Notes under the pieces: generated by a model
The model's database searches: none
What the model was told of the DNA's origin: nothing
Seen by the model: the letters and a program-made list of their open reading frames with translations, nothing else
Position numbers and translations under genes: made by a program
Shown here: piece by piece, positions 21,484 through 33,358 of the stretch
How positions within the stretch are numbered: position 1 is the first letter of the stretch
Layout: every line of letters begins with the position of its first letter
NCBI GenBank assembly: GCA_964202905.1
Contig: CAXNJO010000002.1
Location: forward strand, 640,001-704,000
Source of the DNA: Polyangiales bacterium
Lineage (GTDB): Bacteria; Myxococcota_A; Polyangia; Polyangiales; JADJQN01
Length of the DNA stretch: 64,000 nt
Reading direction: 5' to 3'

Positions 21484-23908
21484 ATGACGCTTCCGCCGCA
21501 GCGCGCCCCCGAGGGCGCCGCGCCCGCCCCAGACACCGCGACCGCCCGCGGCGGGGACACGCGCGCGGCGGCCTCGCGCAGCGGCGCGTCGCCCCGCGGC
21601 ACGATGCAGATGTGGGCCGCGCTCGGCGACTCGATCGGGCGCGGGAGCGGGAGCGGCGGCGCCGGGCTCGACGAGACGGTCGCGTCGGTGCTGCACGCGC
21701 GCGCATTTCGCCACTTCGCGGAAGGGGCGCGGCAATATCTCGCGCTGCGACTCGGGAGCGCGGAGGCCGCGGACGTCGCGCTCCGCCGGCTGCGGATCAT
21801 CGCGGGGGAGTGGCCCGCGACCGAGCTCATCGCGCCCCCGGGCCCGCGCGCGCGTCTCTATCGCAAGGCGCGCGAGCTCGCGGCGGCGCAGCGCGGCGCA
21901 GGCGGCGGGCCTGGCGCGAGTTCGGGGGCGGCGCTCCCCTGGCGTCCCCCGGCGCACGACACCCCGGCGGCGTATCGGCGCGCGCTTGGCGAGGTGCGGG
22001 CGCTGCCGACACACCTCGCGGAGGTGCTCGAACTCCGTTTCGCGCGGGAGCTCGGCGAGGCGGAGATCGCCTTCGTGCTCGCGGCGGACGGCGCGCAGGT
22101 CGAGGCGATGCTCGGCGAGGCGACGCGGCGTGCGGAGGCCCTGCTCGGACCGAGCCCGCCGAGCGTGATCCCGGGCCTCGCGGGCGCGCTCATCGAGGCG
22201 TTTTCCCTCGAGCCGCCCGGCACCGCGACGGCCAGCGTGCGCGCGTCCGAGGAGCCCGGCGGCATCGAGCTCGGCACCGTGCTCGGCGGGCGCTACCGGC
22301 TCGAGAAGCGCGTCGGCGCGGGCGCTTTCGGCGAGGTGTACAAGGCCGCCGACACCGAGGTGCCCGGTCACGTCGTCGCGCTGAAGCTGCTGCACCAGCC
22401 GGCGCTCAGCGAGAACGCGCGCGCGAACGCGCTGCGCGAGCTGAACCTCATCGCGTCCGTGTTCCATCCGTCGATCGTGCAGTTCAAGGATCACGGCTGG
22501 TTCGCGGGCCGGCTGTGGTTCGTGATGCCCTGGTACGACGGCGAGCCGCTCGAGAAGCGCATCGCGCGCGAGCCGCTCACGCGTGCCGAGGCGCGCACGT
22601 TCTTCGAACCCATCGCGCGGGCGCTCGCGACGATGCACGCGTCGGGGCTGCGCCATCAGGACATCAAGCCCGACAACATCTTCCTCGCGCGCCTGAAGAC
22701 GAGCGCGCACACGACCGCGGGCGACGTGCTCCCGGTGCTGCTCGATCTCGGCGTCGCCGCGAAGGACACGGAGGCGATGCTCGGCGGCACGCCGCTCTAC
22801 TTCCCGCCCGAGATCGCCGCGCAGTTCGCGGACGTCGCGAGCCCCTACCCCGTCACGCTGGCCGCGGATGTGTTCTCGCTCGCGCTCACGCTGCGCAACG
22901 CGCTCGAGCCCTCGACGCAGGAAGACGTGCCCGGCGGCGCGGTCGAGGCGTTCATCGCGCACCGCGCAGCGCACGTGCCGCGGGCCCCGGTCGGCACCGA
23001 CCTGCGCTACCTCGCGCCGCACTTCGAGCGCTGGCTGAACCCGGACCCGGCGCGCCGTCCGACCGCCGACGCCTTCGCCGACGAGCTCGCCGCGCTCACC
23101 GCGCCCGAAGAGCGCCGCGCCCGCCGCGCGCGCACGCTGCGCTGGCTCGCGCCGCTCCTCGCCGCGCTCGGGGTCGATCAGCGGCGCCTCGTTCTACGCG
23201 CTCCGCAAGGACGCGCAGCTGAGCGCGCTGCTGGCCTCGCAGGCGCAGGCCGACGCCTCGAACGCCCGCGCGGAAACCACGGAAATCAAGGCGGATCTGG
23301 CGATCACGCAGGCGCGGGAGCAGGCCCTCAGCGACGACAACGGCTCGCTGCAGGACGCCATCCGCCGCAACCACCTGTCGCAGGAGCAGCTCGTGCGCGA
23401 GCTCGCGACGACGCAGGCGCAGGTGCAGCGCCTCGGCGAGGCCGTCGAGCGCAACAGCGAGCGCGCCGCGTCCCTGGCGGGTGCGCTCGAAGCCGCCGAA
23501 ACACGGGGCGCGCAGCTCACGACCGAGCTCGCGCAGATGCGCAGCACGCGCGAGGCCGCGGAGCAGCGCGGCGCGCAGCTCACCACGGAACTCAGCGGCG
23601 CGCGGCAATCGCTCGCAGCACGCGAAGGTGAGCTCGCGACGGCGCGTCAGTCGCTCGCGGCGCGCGAGGGCGAACTCGCACAGGTGCGCGCGGACGAAGA
23701 GCGCCTCACGCGCGAGCTGACGCAGGCCCGCGCCGACGCCGAACGACTCACGCGCGAGCTCGCGGAAGCGCGCAGCGACGCGGCGGGCGCGGCCGCGCAG
23801 ATCGCCGCCGCCGACGCGCGCCGCGCCGAGGCCGAGCGCGACGTGAGCGAGCTGCGCCGCGAGCTCGAGCGGCTGCGCAACGCCGAGCCTGCGCCCGCGG
23901 GGCCCTGA
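21484..23908 (+). CDS. Ser/Thr protein kinase with N-terminal sigma-factor-like region, TM segment and C-terminal coiled-coil repeats; frameshift near 23180
   Basis: GAGAFGEVY, VALKLL, HQDIKPDNI, DLG and GTPLYFPPE. The coiled-coil tail (ELATARQSLAAREG repeats) continues in ORF 23393..23908. Confidence 0.85.
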
Positions 23909-24125
23909 GCCGCGCGGCGCGCTCGCTCGCGCGTCAATAGCCCCGATACGCGGGCCCGGCTTCCTTGCGGAGCGACATCACCGCGATCGAGATCCGCGCG
24001 AGTCCTTCGCGAGGTAGTGACGCGGAATCATCGGTTGGTGCAGCAACTTGCCGAGCCGCGTGAGGGAGAAGGTGCCGAGCACGGGATTCGACGCACCGAG
24101 CCCGAGCGATTCCCAGCGCGCGAGC
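23644..24125. repeat. Host junction copy A: 3' end of kinase gene plus diverged 3' end of the HemN-like gene (also at 27584-27999, 40341-40756, 43010-43425)
   Basis: The sequence matches across four places, e.g. GAGCTCGAGCGGCTGCGCAACGCCGAGCCT...TCAATAGCCCCGATACGCGGGCCCGGCTTCCTTGCGGAGCGACATCACCG. Confidence 0.93.
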
Positions 24126-24947
24126 CGCAAGAGCACGCTCGGGCGCGTGGTGCTGCGGCTCATCGAGCCGACGAGCGGCACCATCCGCTTCGATGGTCAG
24201 GACATCACGCACGTGCCGCAGCGCGCGCTCCGCCCGCTGCGCCGCTCGATGCAGATCATCTTCCAGGACCCGTACAGCTCGCTGAACCCGCGCATGACCG
24301 TGCGGCAGACGGTGGGCGAGGCGATGCGCATCCACGGGCTCGTCACTTCGGGCAAGGACGAAGAGGAGAAGGTCGCGCAGCTCCTCGTGCGCGTCGGCCT
24401 GCGCGCCGATCAGATGACGCGCTATCCGCACGAGTTCTCGGGCGGGCAGAGGCAGCGCATCGGCAGCGCGCGCGCGCTCGCCGTACAGCCCCGCTTCATC
24501 GTCGCTGACGAGCCGATCAGCGCGCTCGACGTCTCGATTCAGGCGCAGATCGTCAATCTGCTCAAAGACCTTCAAGAAGAACTCGGGCTCTCGTATCTGT
24601 TCATCGCCTGCGAGCTGAAGGTCGTCGAATACATGAGTCACCGCGTCGCGGTCATGTATCTCGGGCGCGTCGTCGAAATCGCGCCCTCCGCGCGGATCTA
24701 CGACGTCCCCAAACACCCGTATACGCCCGCGCTGCTCTCGGCGATTCCCGTCCCCGATCCGACGAAGAAGCGCGTGCGCATCCTGCTCGAGGGCGATGTG
24801 CCGAGCCCGCTCGACCCGCCGTCCGGCTGCACCTTCTACCCGCGCTGCCCGATCGTCGAGCGCGGCCTCTGCGACGTGAAACCCCCGCCGCTCCGCACCG
24901 TCGCCCCCGGCCACGAAATCGCGTGTCACAAGGCCGAAGAGGGGTGA
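24126..24947 (+). pseudogene. Oligopeptide/dipeptide ABC transporter ATP-binding protein (OppF-like), 5'-truncated at Walker A
   Basis: It begins abruptly at KSTLGR and contains [23 protein letters not shown] and [15 protein letters not shown]. The H-loop is degenerate (ACEL). Confidence 0.88.
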
Positions 24948-25142
24948 AGCGCGGCAGGCGCCGCGTGCCGTGTCGACACGAAGGGGGGGTCGCATGGCCC
25001 GAGTGCGTCAAGGGCAATCGCGTCCACGTCGCGCGTGAAACAGGTATTTCCCGTTTCCATGTGCGGATGGGGAATGCCTCGACGGGTGGCTGGCGAGGTT
25101 GGGAGAATGGGATTCTCCGCCACCCGATGATTGCCCCCGAAT

Positions 25143-26708
25143 TCAGCGCGCAGCCGCGCTCGGGGAGAATGGCGGAGACATCGCGACACCGAACCACGGG
25201 ATGGGCGGGCGGTCCTGCGGCGGGATGCGGCGCAGGAGCGGCTGTGTGCTGACGATGGCGCGGAGCGGCCCGAGCCGAGACCAGGGGCCTTCGAAACAGG
25301 CCAGCGAGTTGGCCGCGTTCGTCCAGAACCCACTTCGTTCTTCGCCAGGCACGGTCCAGCCGGTCGGCGTGTCAGGCGCGTCGGCGACGACGCAGACGAG
25401 CCGTCCGCGCGCGTCGACGAGGTAGACCGAGAACGTGTCGAGCGGCATCGGTGCCTCGCCCCGGCGCAATGCGACTTCGAGGACGCCCGACGCGCTCACG
25501 GAGGCCTCCACGGTGACCGAGTGCGTCGGCACGAAGCGGCCGCGTGTCGTGTAGAGGCCGTCGTCGGCGAGCGTCACCGGCTCACCCACGAGCTCGGCGA
25601 TCGCCAACGTGATCACATCGACCGCGCCCGCGCGCGCGAAGGCCGCGTGCAGTGACGTGTCGAGCGCGCGGAACGGCAGTGGCTCACCGCTCTCTCCGAG
25701 CGGCAGCGCCAGCGTGGTCTCGTCGCGGGTGAGCGCGTCGAGCAGCGCCACGGCGCCGCGCCCCGCCCGTCGAGCGAGCGTGAGCGGCGCGCCGGTCTGC
25801 ACGACGTGCTGCGCGCCAAGGCCGCCCTCGAGGACGAGATCGGGGCGGAGCGTCGCGCCGCTGCGAAGGTCGAACTCACGGAGCACCGTCCGGACGTTGG
25901 AGCCCGTGAGGACCACGAGGCGTTCGTCGCTCACCTCGGCGCGGAGGAGGCCATCCTCGCGATCGCTCTCGCGGGAGGGTGCGCGCCAGAGCGACGCACC
26001 CGTGGTGCCCGCGTGGAGGGCGAGGGCGCCGTCCTCGCTCGATTGCACGAGGATGCCGGCGTCGGTGGCGAGCGCGACGCCGCCCTGATGCTGCGCACGG
26101 ACGGACCAGCGCCGCGCGCATGTCGCAGGGTCGTGGACGTCATGGCGGGTCACGCCGTCCGTCGCGCTCTCGCCCTCGTGGACGGTGATGACCAGGGCGT
26201 CGCCGGCGAGCGCGACGTTCGCCGCCCTGCCGCCGGCCACGGGGATCGTGCAGCGCTGGGTGCCCGTGGCGAGATCCGCAACGAATACGGACTCGCCGTA
26301 AGGTCCGCCCCCGTCCGATGTCTGCCCGGCGACCCACGCCACCCGCCCTGCCGCGCTCGTGGGGCAGTGGCGGTCGGCGGGCGCCTCCCAGAGCACGGCG
26401 CCATCGCTGCGTCGTCGGACCGAGAGCGGAACCGCGAGCCCATCCCAGGGATCGACGCCGCCGGGCAGGAGGACGACGCCGCCCTCGACGTGCGGGGCGC
26501 AGAGATCGTCGGCGCGTGCGGCCGTCCATGAGGACTCGACGCCGCGGACGAACATCGCCTCCACCGCCGACGGGGCGTTCGCCACGGCTGCGGAGTGCAC
26601 GGCCGCGCGGGGCGGCCCGCCGCATGCGCTCAGCACGAGGGCGACGAGCGCGATGCGCGCGCTCGGGGCTGGCGCGTGGCAAGGCCGAAGGGTGCGGGCA
26701 GCGTGCAT
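25143..26708 (-). CDS. Lipoprotein with PQQ-like beta-propeller repeats
   Basis: Lipobox VLSAC and repeated DxxTG/DGxxxW blades (SDGAVLW, DLATGTQRC, HAGTTGASLW, FDLRSG). Confidence 0.7.
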   Translation of the reverse strand: MHAARTLRPCHAPAPSARIALVALVLSACGGPPRAAVHSAAVANAPSAVEAMFVRGVESSWTAARADDLCAPHVEGGVVLLPGGVDPWDGLAVPLSVRRRSDGAVLWEAPADRHCPTSAAGRVAWVAGQTSDGGGPYGESVFVADLATGTQRCTIPVAGGRAANVALAGDALVITVHEGESATDGVTRHDVHDPATCARRWSVRAQHQGGVALATDAGILVQSSEDGALALHAGTTGASLWRAPSRESDREDGLLRAEVSDERLVVLTGSNVRTVLREFDLRSGATLRPDLVLEGGLGAQHVVQTGAPLTLARRAGRGAVALLDALTRDETTLALPLGESGEPLPFRALDTSLHAAFARAGAVDVITLAIAELVGEPVTLADDGLYTTRGRFVPTHSVTVEASVSASGVLEVALRRGEAPMPLDTFSVYLVDARGRLVCVVADAPDTPTGWTVPGEERSGFWTNAANSLACFEGPWSRLGPLRAIVSTQPLLRRIPPQDRPPIPWFGVAMSPPFSPSAAAR

Positions 26709-26852
26709 GGCGTCGGCTCCTCGAGAGAGCGCCCGTATAGCTCCCCGCCATTGCGGCGCCATGGGAAGCGTCGTGCGTGGGTGCGCGCATGGTCGAGCTC
26801 GGCAACGAGGAGCGCGCGCGCCTGTACGAGCGGTTCGGGCGCTCGTACGCCG

Positions 26853-27583
26853 GCGCGTCGGACATTCGAACCCCTGATCTGCGCCCGCTCCATGCACGGA
26901 GGAACGCTACGCGGCTCAGTTGCCCCCCACCGGAGCCCGCGCCCGTTTGCCCGCCGGCGCCGATCTGCCCGCCCGAGCGACCGACCGCACCCGTCTTTCG
27001 CGAATGCGACCACCTTCAGCATTGCGTCGAGACGATCCGCCACGGACACCCCGTCGGCGAAGGCTGACCCATGCCGCTCGACGACAACTACGCCCGCTGC
27101 GGTATCGCCACCGCACGCGTCGAAACGCCTGTCGAATGCGCCAACCTCGGAAGCTGCATCTTGTCCGTCCGCGGCGGCCTCAAGCCCGGACTCGGTTGCC
27201 CACACGAAGGCTCCGCCCTCTACGAAGAGTGCGGCCGCTGGCAGCCGCCTCGACCTCGCGCCGCACGACGCGGGAGACGAGCGGCGTCGCGCCAGACGAC
27301 TCCGCCTACGGACGCGCGCTAGAGCCTCAACCGTTCAAGCCCGTAGTCTTCGCGCCGCGGGCTTTCGGCATTCGTGCCGCGCCGGCACCTCGGGGAGCAC
27401 GTCGTCGAACAGGTGCGCGGCCAGTGCGCGCGCAACACGCGATGCAGCACAGTGTCCTCCGGACGCCGCCGCGCATAGCCGTCCGCACGAGGTGCGTGAG
27501 CAAGAGCAGAACAAGCAGCGGCAACGGCAGACACCGCCGCTCATCGGCGCATCATCTGGCGCAGTGCTCAGCGTGCTCGGCGG
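26853..27583 (-). mobile_element. Non-autonomous IS91/ISCR-like element, copy 1
   Basis: Near-identical to 39610-40340 and 42279-43009. The minus strand encodes IS91-type transposase remnants YARRRPEDTVLHRVLRAHWP and AAHLFDDVLPEVPAR. The left end is oriIS-like. Confidence 0.75.
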
Positions 27584-28015
27584 CGTCAGTCGCTCGCGGC
27601 GCGCGAGGGCGAGCTCGGACGGGTGCGCGCGGACGAAGAGCGCCTCACGCGCGAGCTCGCGGAAGCGCGCAGCGACGCGGCGAGTGCGGCCGCGCAGATC
27701 GCCGCCGCCGACGCGCGCCGCGCCGACGCCGAGCGCGACGTGAGCGAGCTGCGCCGCGAGCTCGAGCGGCTGCGCAACGCCGAGCCTGCGCCCGCGCCCG
27801 CGGGGCCCTGAGCCGCGCGGCGCGCTCGCTCGCGCGTCAATAGCCCCGATACGCGGGCCCGGCTTCCTTGCGGAGCGACATCACCGAAATCAGCTCCGCG
27901 CGGTCCTGCGCGAGGTAGTGACGCGGAATCATCTGTTGGTGCAGCAACTTGCCGAGCCGCGTGAGGGAGAAGGTGCCGAGCACGGGATTCGACGTGCCGG
28001 CAAAAGACAAACGCG

Positions 28016-28448
28016 CTAACGGCGGCCCCACCACCACGATGCGTGCACGACCGCCTGATGGCGCGGCTCGGGGAGAAAGTCGACCGTGCCGATGGCGCCC
28101 AAACCGAAGCTCCCGGACGACGTTTCGAGGAGCGGCAAGTCGACGCCCATCGCGAACTGCACGACGAAGGTATCGGCGAATGTCGTCGGGCGATCTTCGT
28201 ACGACGAGCAGCCGGTGCGACGTGAACATGACGTCATACGCACTTCATCGAGACCTGAAAAACGCGCGTTGACCGCTCGGTAGCCGACGAGCGTCGAGAG
28301 ATGCAGGACGATCGGGCCGATCTCCACAGCAGCGCTCGGCCCCGCCGCGATCTGAGAGGCGAGTCGGCCTTCGGGCCCGGCTTCGACGAAGTTCGGTGCG
28401 ACCGCCCCATCGCGCTCAAACCAACCGACTCCAAACGAAAAACGCCCG
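28016..28448 (-). pseudogene. 3' fragment of the hypothetical gene found intact at 40773-41525
   Basis: It has the same C-terminus (...HASWWWGRR) and is cut at 28448. Confidence 0.8.
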
Positions 28449-29168
28449 GAGGCGCGCGCCTACGTGTCCGAGGCGCGCGCGGACGTGCTCGGCGTGCAGG
28501 GCGAGCTCGTCGACGCGCAGGTCGAGCTCGGCGCCGCGCTCGGCAGCGCGGACGTCGAGCGGCTCGCGACGAGCGGCGCGCTCCCGGTGCCGTCACTCCC
28601 CGCTGCAGAGGAGATCGAGCGCGCGCTGCGGGACGTCGCGGGCGTGCCGGAGATCGTCGCCGCGCGGCTGCGGGTCACGGCGAGCCGTGCGCGCGAGGCG
28701 GAGGTCGCGGCGGCCCGCGGGACGCGCTTCGACGCGGACGCGATCGTCTATCGCGAGTCGCCCGCGGGGCTGCTGCTCTTCGGGCAGGTCGGCGTGTCGA
28801 TGCCGCTCGCGGACCTCGCGGCGCGCGAGCGGGCGCTGGTGCGCGAGGAGACGGAGCTGCGCGAGGGTCAGGCGGAAGAGGCGGCCCTCGCCTGGCAGCG
28901 CGAAGCGCACCGCGTCGCGCACGAGGTCGAGCACACGGCGGCCGTCGCCGGGAGCTTTCGGCAGGAGCGCGTGCCGGCGCTCGAGGCGCTGCTTACCGCG
29001 CGGGAACGGCAGCTCGTGACGGGGGAGTCGACGGTGCTCCCGGTGCTCGAGGCGACGCGGCGCCTCGTCGAGGCGCGGGCCGCGCTGACGCGGGCCGACA
29101 CCGAGCACGCCTGGGCCGCGGTGCGCGCGTGGCTGTTGCTCGCGCTGAGGGAGTCGCATGCGGAGTGA
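28449..29168 (+). pseudogene. TolC/CzcC-like outer membrane efflux protein, 5'-truncated
   Basis: GQVGVSMPL and GESTVLPVLEATRRL (OEP C-terminal pattern). It starts abruptly at the repeat boundary and lies upstream of the adaptor and RND pump. Confidence 0.7.
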
Positions 29169-30246
29169 GCGTCGTGGTGCCGCGCGGTGCTGCGCAGGCC
29201 TATGTTTGGTGATCTTTTCACTGATCGGCTGCGGCAGCCCCACGGCGCCCGGCGCGGCGCAAGCCGAGGCGGCCGAGCGCGACACCCGCGAGCCGCGCTG
29301 GTCGGTCGTGTCCGCGCCCTCCGACCTCGCGCTCCTCGAGGCGCCCGCGCGGGTCGTTCCGGCGCCGGGCTCCGAGGCCCACGTCGCGCCCTCCCACGCG
29401 GCGCGCGTGCTGCGCGTGCACGTGCGCGCGGGGGACCGCGTCGAGGCGGGCGCGCCCATCGCCGACGTCGTCTGTCGAGTGCTCGAGGCCGCGGCGCGCT
29501 GGGCGTCGGTCGCGCCGCGTCGCAGCCTGCGCGCGCAGCGCCGCACCGAGCTCGAGGCGCTGCAGCAGGAGGGCCTCGTCGATCGCGCGCGCGTGCTCGA
29601 GCAGGACACCGAGCTCGCTTCGCTCGACGCGGAGCAGGCGCAGGCGCTCGCGACGCTGCGCGCGGCCTCGCTCTCGACCGCGGATGGCGCGCGGGTGCTG
29701 CGTCAGGGCCAAGTGACGCTCGCGGCGCCGATCGCGGGCACGGTGCGCGAGGTCTCGGCGAAGATCGGCGAGGTGCGTGAGCCGCAGGGCGAGCCGCTCG
29801 CGACGGTCGTGGCGCTCGCGCCGGCACGCGTCGAGGCCCGGCTCGCGCAGCCGCTGCCGGACGGCGCGGCGCTCGCCTTCGTGGGGCTCGACGGCTCGCA
29901 GACGGCGCTCGATGCGCGCGCGCTCACCGACACCATCGACCCGCACGACGGCCTGCGCGTGGTGTGGCTCGCCGCGGCGGAGGGCGCGGCGCCGCTCGTC
30001 GGCGGGCTGCACGGGCGCGTGCGGGCGACCGTGGCCGGCGCGGGCGTCGTCGAGGTCGACGCGCAGGCGCTCGCGCTCGAGGGCGGGCGCGTCTTCGTCG
30101 AGAAGCGCAGTCGCGAAGGCGCCCCGGAGCGCGTCGAGGTCGCCGTGCTGACGTCGTCGGCGACGCGCGCCATCGTGCGCGGGCCGCTCGCGCAGGGGGA
30201 TCGCGTCTCGCTCGATCCGGCGCGCGTGATGGGGGAAGAGGAGTGA
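29158..30246 (+). CDS. RND efflux periplasmic adaptor (CzcB/CusB-like)
   Basis: Lipobox LIGC, VHVRAGDRVEAGAPI, LAAPIAGTV and GPLAQGDRV. Confidence 0.82.
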   Translation: MRSERRGAARCCAGLCLVIFSLIGCGSPTAPGAAQAEAAERDTREPRWSVVSAPSDLALLEAPARVVPAPGSEAHVAPSHAARVLRVHVRAGDRVEAGAPIADVVCRVLEAAARWASVAPRRSLRAQRRTELEALQQEGLVDRARVLEQDTELASLDAEQAQALATLRAASLSTADGARVLRQGQVTLAAPIAGTVREVSAKIGEVREPQGEPLATVVALAPARVEARLAQPLPDGAALAFVGLDGSQTALDARALTDTIDPHDGLRVVWLAAAEGAAPLVGGLHGRVRATVAGAGVVEVDAQALALEGGRVFVEKRSREGAPERVEVAVLTSSATRAIVRGPLAQGDRVSLDPARVMGEEE

Positions 30247-33200
30247 TCGAGCGCCTCGCGCGGGCCTCGGTCGAGCATCGCGTCGCCGTGCTCGTCACGA
30301 CGCTCGTACTCGCCGTCGCTGCGGCCATCGTGGGTCGCGCGCTGCGCTTCGACGCGCTCCCCGACGTCACGGGCGCGCAGGTCGTCGTGCTCACGCGCGC
30401 GCCGGGCCTCACGCCCGAGGAGGTCGAGCAGCGCGTCACGCGGCCGGTCGAGGTCGGGCTCGGTGGCCTGCCGGGCGCGACCTCGCAGCGCAGCCTCTCG
30501 CGCTACGGCATCTCGGCCGTGACGGTGGTGTTCGAGCGCGACACGGATCTCGTGCGCGCGCGGCAGCTCGTCGGCGAGCGGCTCGCGACCGTCGGCGAGC
30601 AGCTCCCGCCCGGCGTCGACGCGCCGGAGCTCGGCCCGATGAGCGGCGGTCTCGGCGAGATCTTCCAGTTCGTCGTCGCCTCGCCCACGCGCCCGCCCAC
30701 CGAGCTGCTCGAGCTCGTCGAGCAGCGCCTCACCCCGGCTGCGCGCGGTCGGCGGCGTCGTCGAGGTCAACCCGTGGGGTGGCGCGCGGCGCACGCTCGA
30801 CGTGGTCGGCGACCCGCACGCGATGGCCCGCCGCGGCGTCACCCTCGCCGCGCTCGCCACCGCGACCGAGCGCGCCGTCGGGACCGCGCCGGGCGCGAGC
30901 CTCCCCGCCGGGCCGAGCCACGTGCTGCTCCGCGGCCGCGCGCAGCCCGTCCGCCCCGCCGAGCTCGGCGCCGCGCTCGTGCGTGGTCGCGACGGCGCGT
31001 GGCTGCGCCTGTCGGAGGTCGCGCGCGTCGAGGAGGGCGCCCTGCCGCGCATCGGCGCGGGCACCTCGAACGCGCGCGGCGAGGTCGTCTACGTGATGTG
31101 CCAGATGCTCACCGGCGCGAACGCGCTCGAGGTGATGGAGGGCATCCACGCCGCGCTCCCCGCGGTGCGTCGCCTGCTCCCCGCGGACGTCACGCTCGAC
31201 GCCACCTACGACCGCAGCGACCTCGTCCACGCGACGCTGCGCACCGTGGGCATGAGCCTGCTCGAGGGCGGCGTCCTCGTGGCGCTCGTGCTCTTCGCGA
31301 TGCTCGGCAGCGTCCGCGCGGGCAGCCTCGTCGCGAGCGTCATCCCGCTCTCGATGCTCGGCGCGGTCGTGTGGATGGTCGCGTTCGACGTGCCCGGCAA
31401 CCTGATGAGCCTCGGCGCGCTCGACTTCGGCCTGCTCGTCGATGGCGCGGTCGTCGTCGTCGAGACGACCTTCCACGCGCTCGCGCACCGCCGCGCGCAC
31501 GGCGAGCGGCCGGGTCCGGCGGACGTGCGCGACATCCTCGCGCGCACCACGGCGCAGGTCGCGCGGCCCGTGTTCTACGCGGTCGCGATCATCGGGCTCG
31601 TGTACGTGCCCGTCGTCACGCTCGGCGGCGTCGAGGGCGTGATGTTCCGCCCGATGGCGCTCACCGTGCTCTTCGCGCTGTCGACGGCGCTGCTCCTCAG
31701 CCTCACTTTCGTGCCCGCGGCGCTCGCCGTCTTCGTGCGCTTCGAGGACGTGCCCGAGCGCGATCCGCTCCCCGTGCGCCTCTCCGACGCGCTCTACCTC
31801 CGCGTCCTGCCGCGCACGCAGCGCCACCCGTGGGTGCTGATCGCGCTCGTGCTCGCGGGGCTCGCGGGCGGCGCGCTGCTCTACGTGCGCGCCGGCACCG
31901 AGTTCATCCCCACCCTCGATGAGGGTGATCTCGTCGTGCAAACGACCAGCCACGCCGACGTCTCGCTCGACGCCCAGATCGCGCGCGCCGAGGGCATCGA
32001 GCGCGCGCTGCTGCGCGTGCCCGAGGTCATCCGCGCGAGCCACCGCATCGGCAGCCCCAACGTCGCCACCGACATCATGGGCATCGAGCAGTGCGACCTC
32101 TTCCTCTCGATGCGGCCGCGCGCTGCGTGGCGCCCCGGTCTCACCCGCGACGCGCTGATCGAGGAGCTCGACGCGGCGATCGCGAGCGTCGATCCCGCGC
32201 TCGATACGAGCTTCACGCACCCCATCCAGATGCGCTTCAACGAGCTGCTCGGCGGCACGACGAGCGACGTCAGCCTCGCGATCGAGGGCCCGGATCTCGA
32301 GCCGCTGCAGCGGCTCGGCGAGTCCTCGGCGGCGGTCCTGCAGCGCGTCGCGGGCGCCGTCGACGTGCGCGTCACCTCGCCGCCCGCGGTGCCCGTGCTC
32401 GACGTCGTGCCGCGCGCCTTCGACGCCGCGCAGCTCGGCCTCGACGATCGCGACGTGCTCGACGTCGTCGCCGCGCAGCGCGTCGGGCTCACCGTCGGCA
32501 CCACGAGCGACGGCCCCGTGCGCATCCCCGTGCGTGTGCGGCTCTCGGGCACCACGACGGCCTTCGACCTCGCGCGCGCGCCCATCGCGACGGAGTCGGG
32601 TGACGTCGTCCCGCTCTCGCGCGTCGCCGACGTGAACACCGTGCAGACGCCGGCGATGGTCGACCACGCGCAGGGCGAGCGCCGCATCGTCATCGCCTTC
32701 AACGTGCGCGGTCGTGATCTCGGCTCCGTCGTCGCCGAGTCACAGCGGCGCTTCGAGCGCGAGGTGCGACTGCCGCCCGGCTATCTCCCGCGCTGGGGCG
32801 GCCAGTACGAGAACCTCGAGGCCGCGCGTCTCCGCCTCCTCGTCGTCGTGCCCGGCGTGCTGCTCGGTGTGCTCGTGCTGCTGTACCGTGCGCTCGGCCG
32901 CTGGCGCAGCGCGCTGCTCGTCTTCGCAAACGTGCCCTTCGCGGCGGTCGGCGGGCTCGCGCTCCTCACGCTGCGCGGCCTGCCGATCTCGATCTCCGCG
33001 GCGATCGGCTTCATCGCGCTCTCCGGCATCGCGGTGATGAACGGCGTCGTGCTCGTCTCGCGCGTGCACGCCGAAGAAGAAGAGGGCGCGACCCCCGCCG
33101 AGGCCGCCGTACGCGCCGCGCAGAGCCGCCTGCGCCCCGTGCTGATGACGGCGCTCGTCGCCGGGCTCGGCTTCGTGCCGATGATGCTCGCGCGCGGCGT

Positions 33201-33351
33201 CGGCGCCGAGGTGCAGGCGCCGCTCGCGACGGTCGTCGTGGGTGGTCTCGTGACCTCGACGCTGCTCACGCTCGTCGTGCTGCCGGCCGTCTACGCGCGC
33301 TTCGCCGGCACCCGCCGCGCCGCGCCTCCCGCTGAGCCTGCGGCGCACTGA
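30243..33351 (+). CDS. CusA/CzcA family heavy-metal RND permease; frameshift near 30740
   Basis: FDALPDVTGAQV, APGLTPEEVEQRVTRPVE, NLMSLGALDFGLLVDGAVVVVE and RLRPVLMTALVAGLGFVPM. Confidence 0.92.
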
Positions 33352-33358
33352 GCGCGCG

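Larger units (their letters stand above)
26853..28448. repeat. ~1.6 kb direct repeat, near-identical to 39610-41205
   Basis: A constant offset of 12757 holds from GCGCGT(C/A)GGACATTCG to AACGAAAAACGCCCG, with a few substitutions. Confidence 0.95.

Noticed and set aside
18360..23222. Very long Arg/Ala-rich ORFs such as this 1620-aa frame and many others in the track
   Set aside because: These are shadow or antisense frames of real genes, expected in very high-GC DNA, and carry no recognisable motifs.
26858..26880. GGTTCGAAT (minus strand) looks like a tRNA T-loop
   Set aside because: No cloverleaf or acceptor stem is evident around it. It is better explained as the end of the repeated element.
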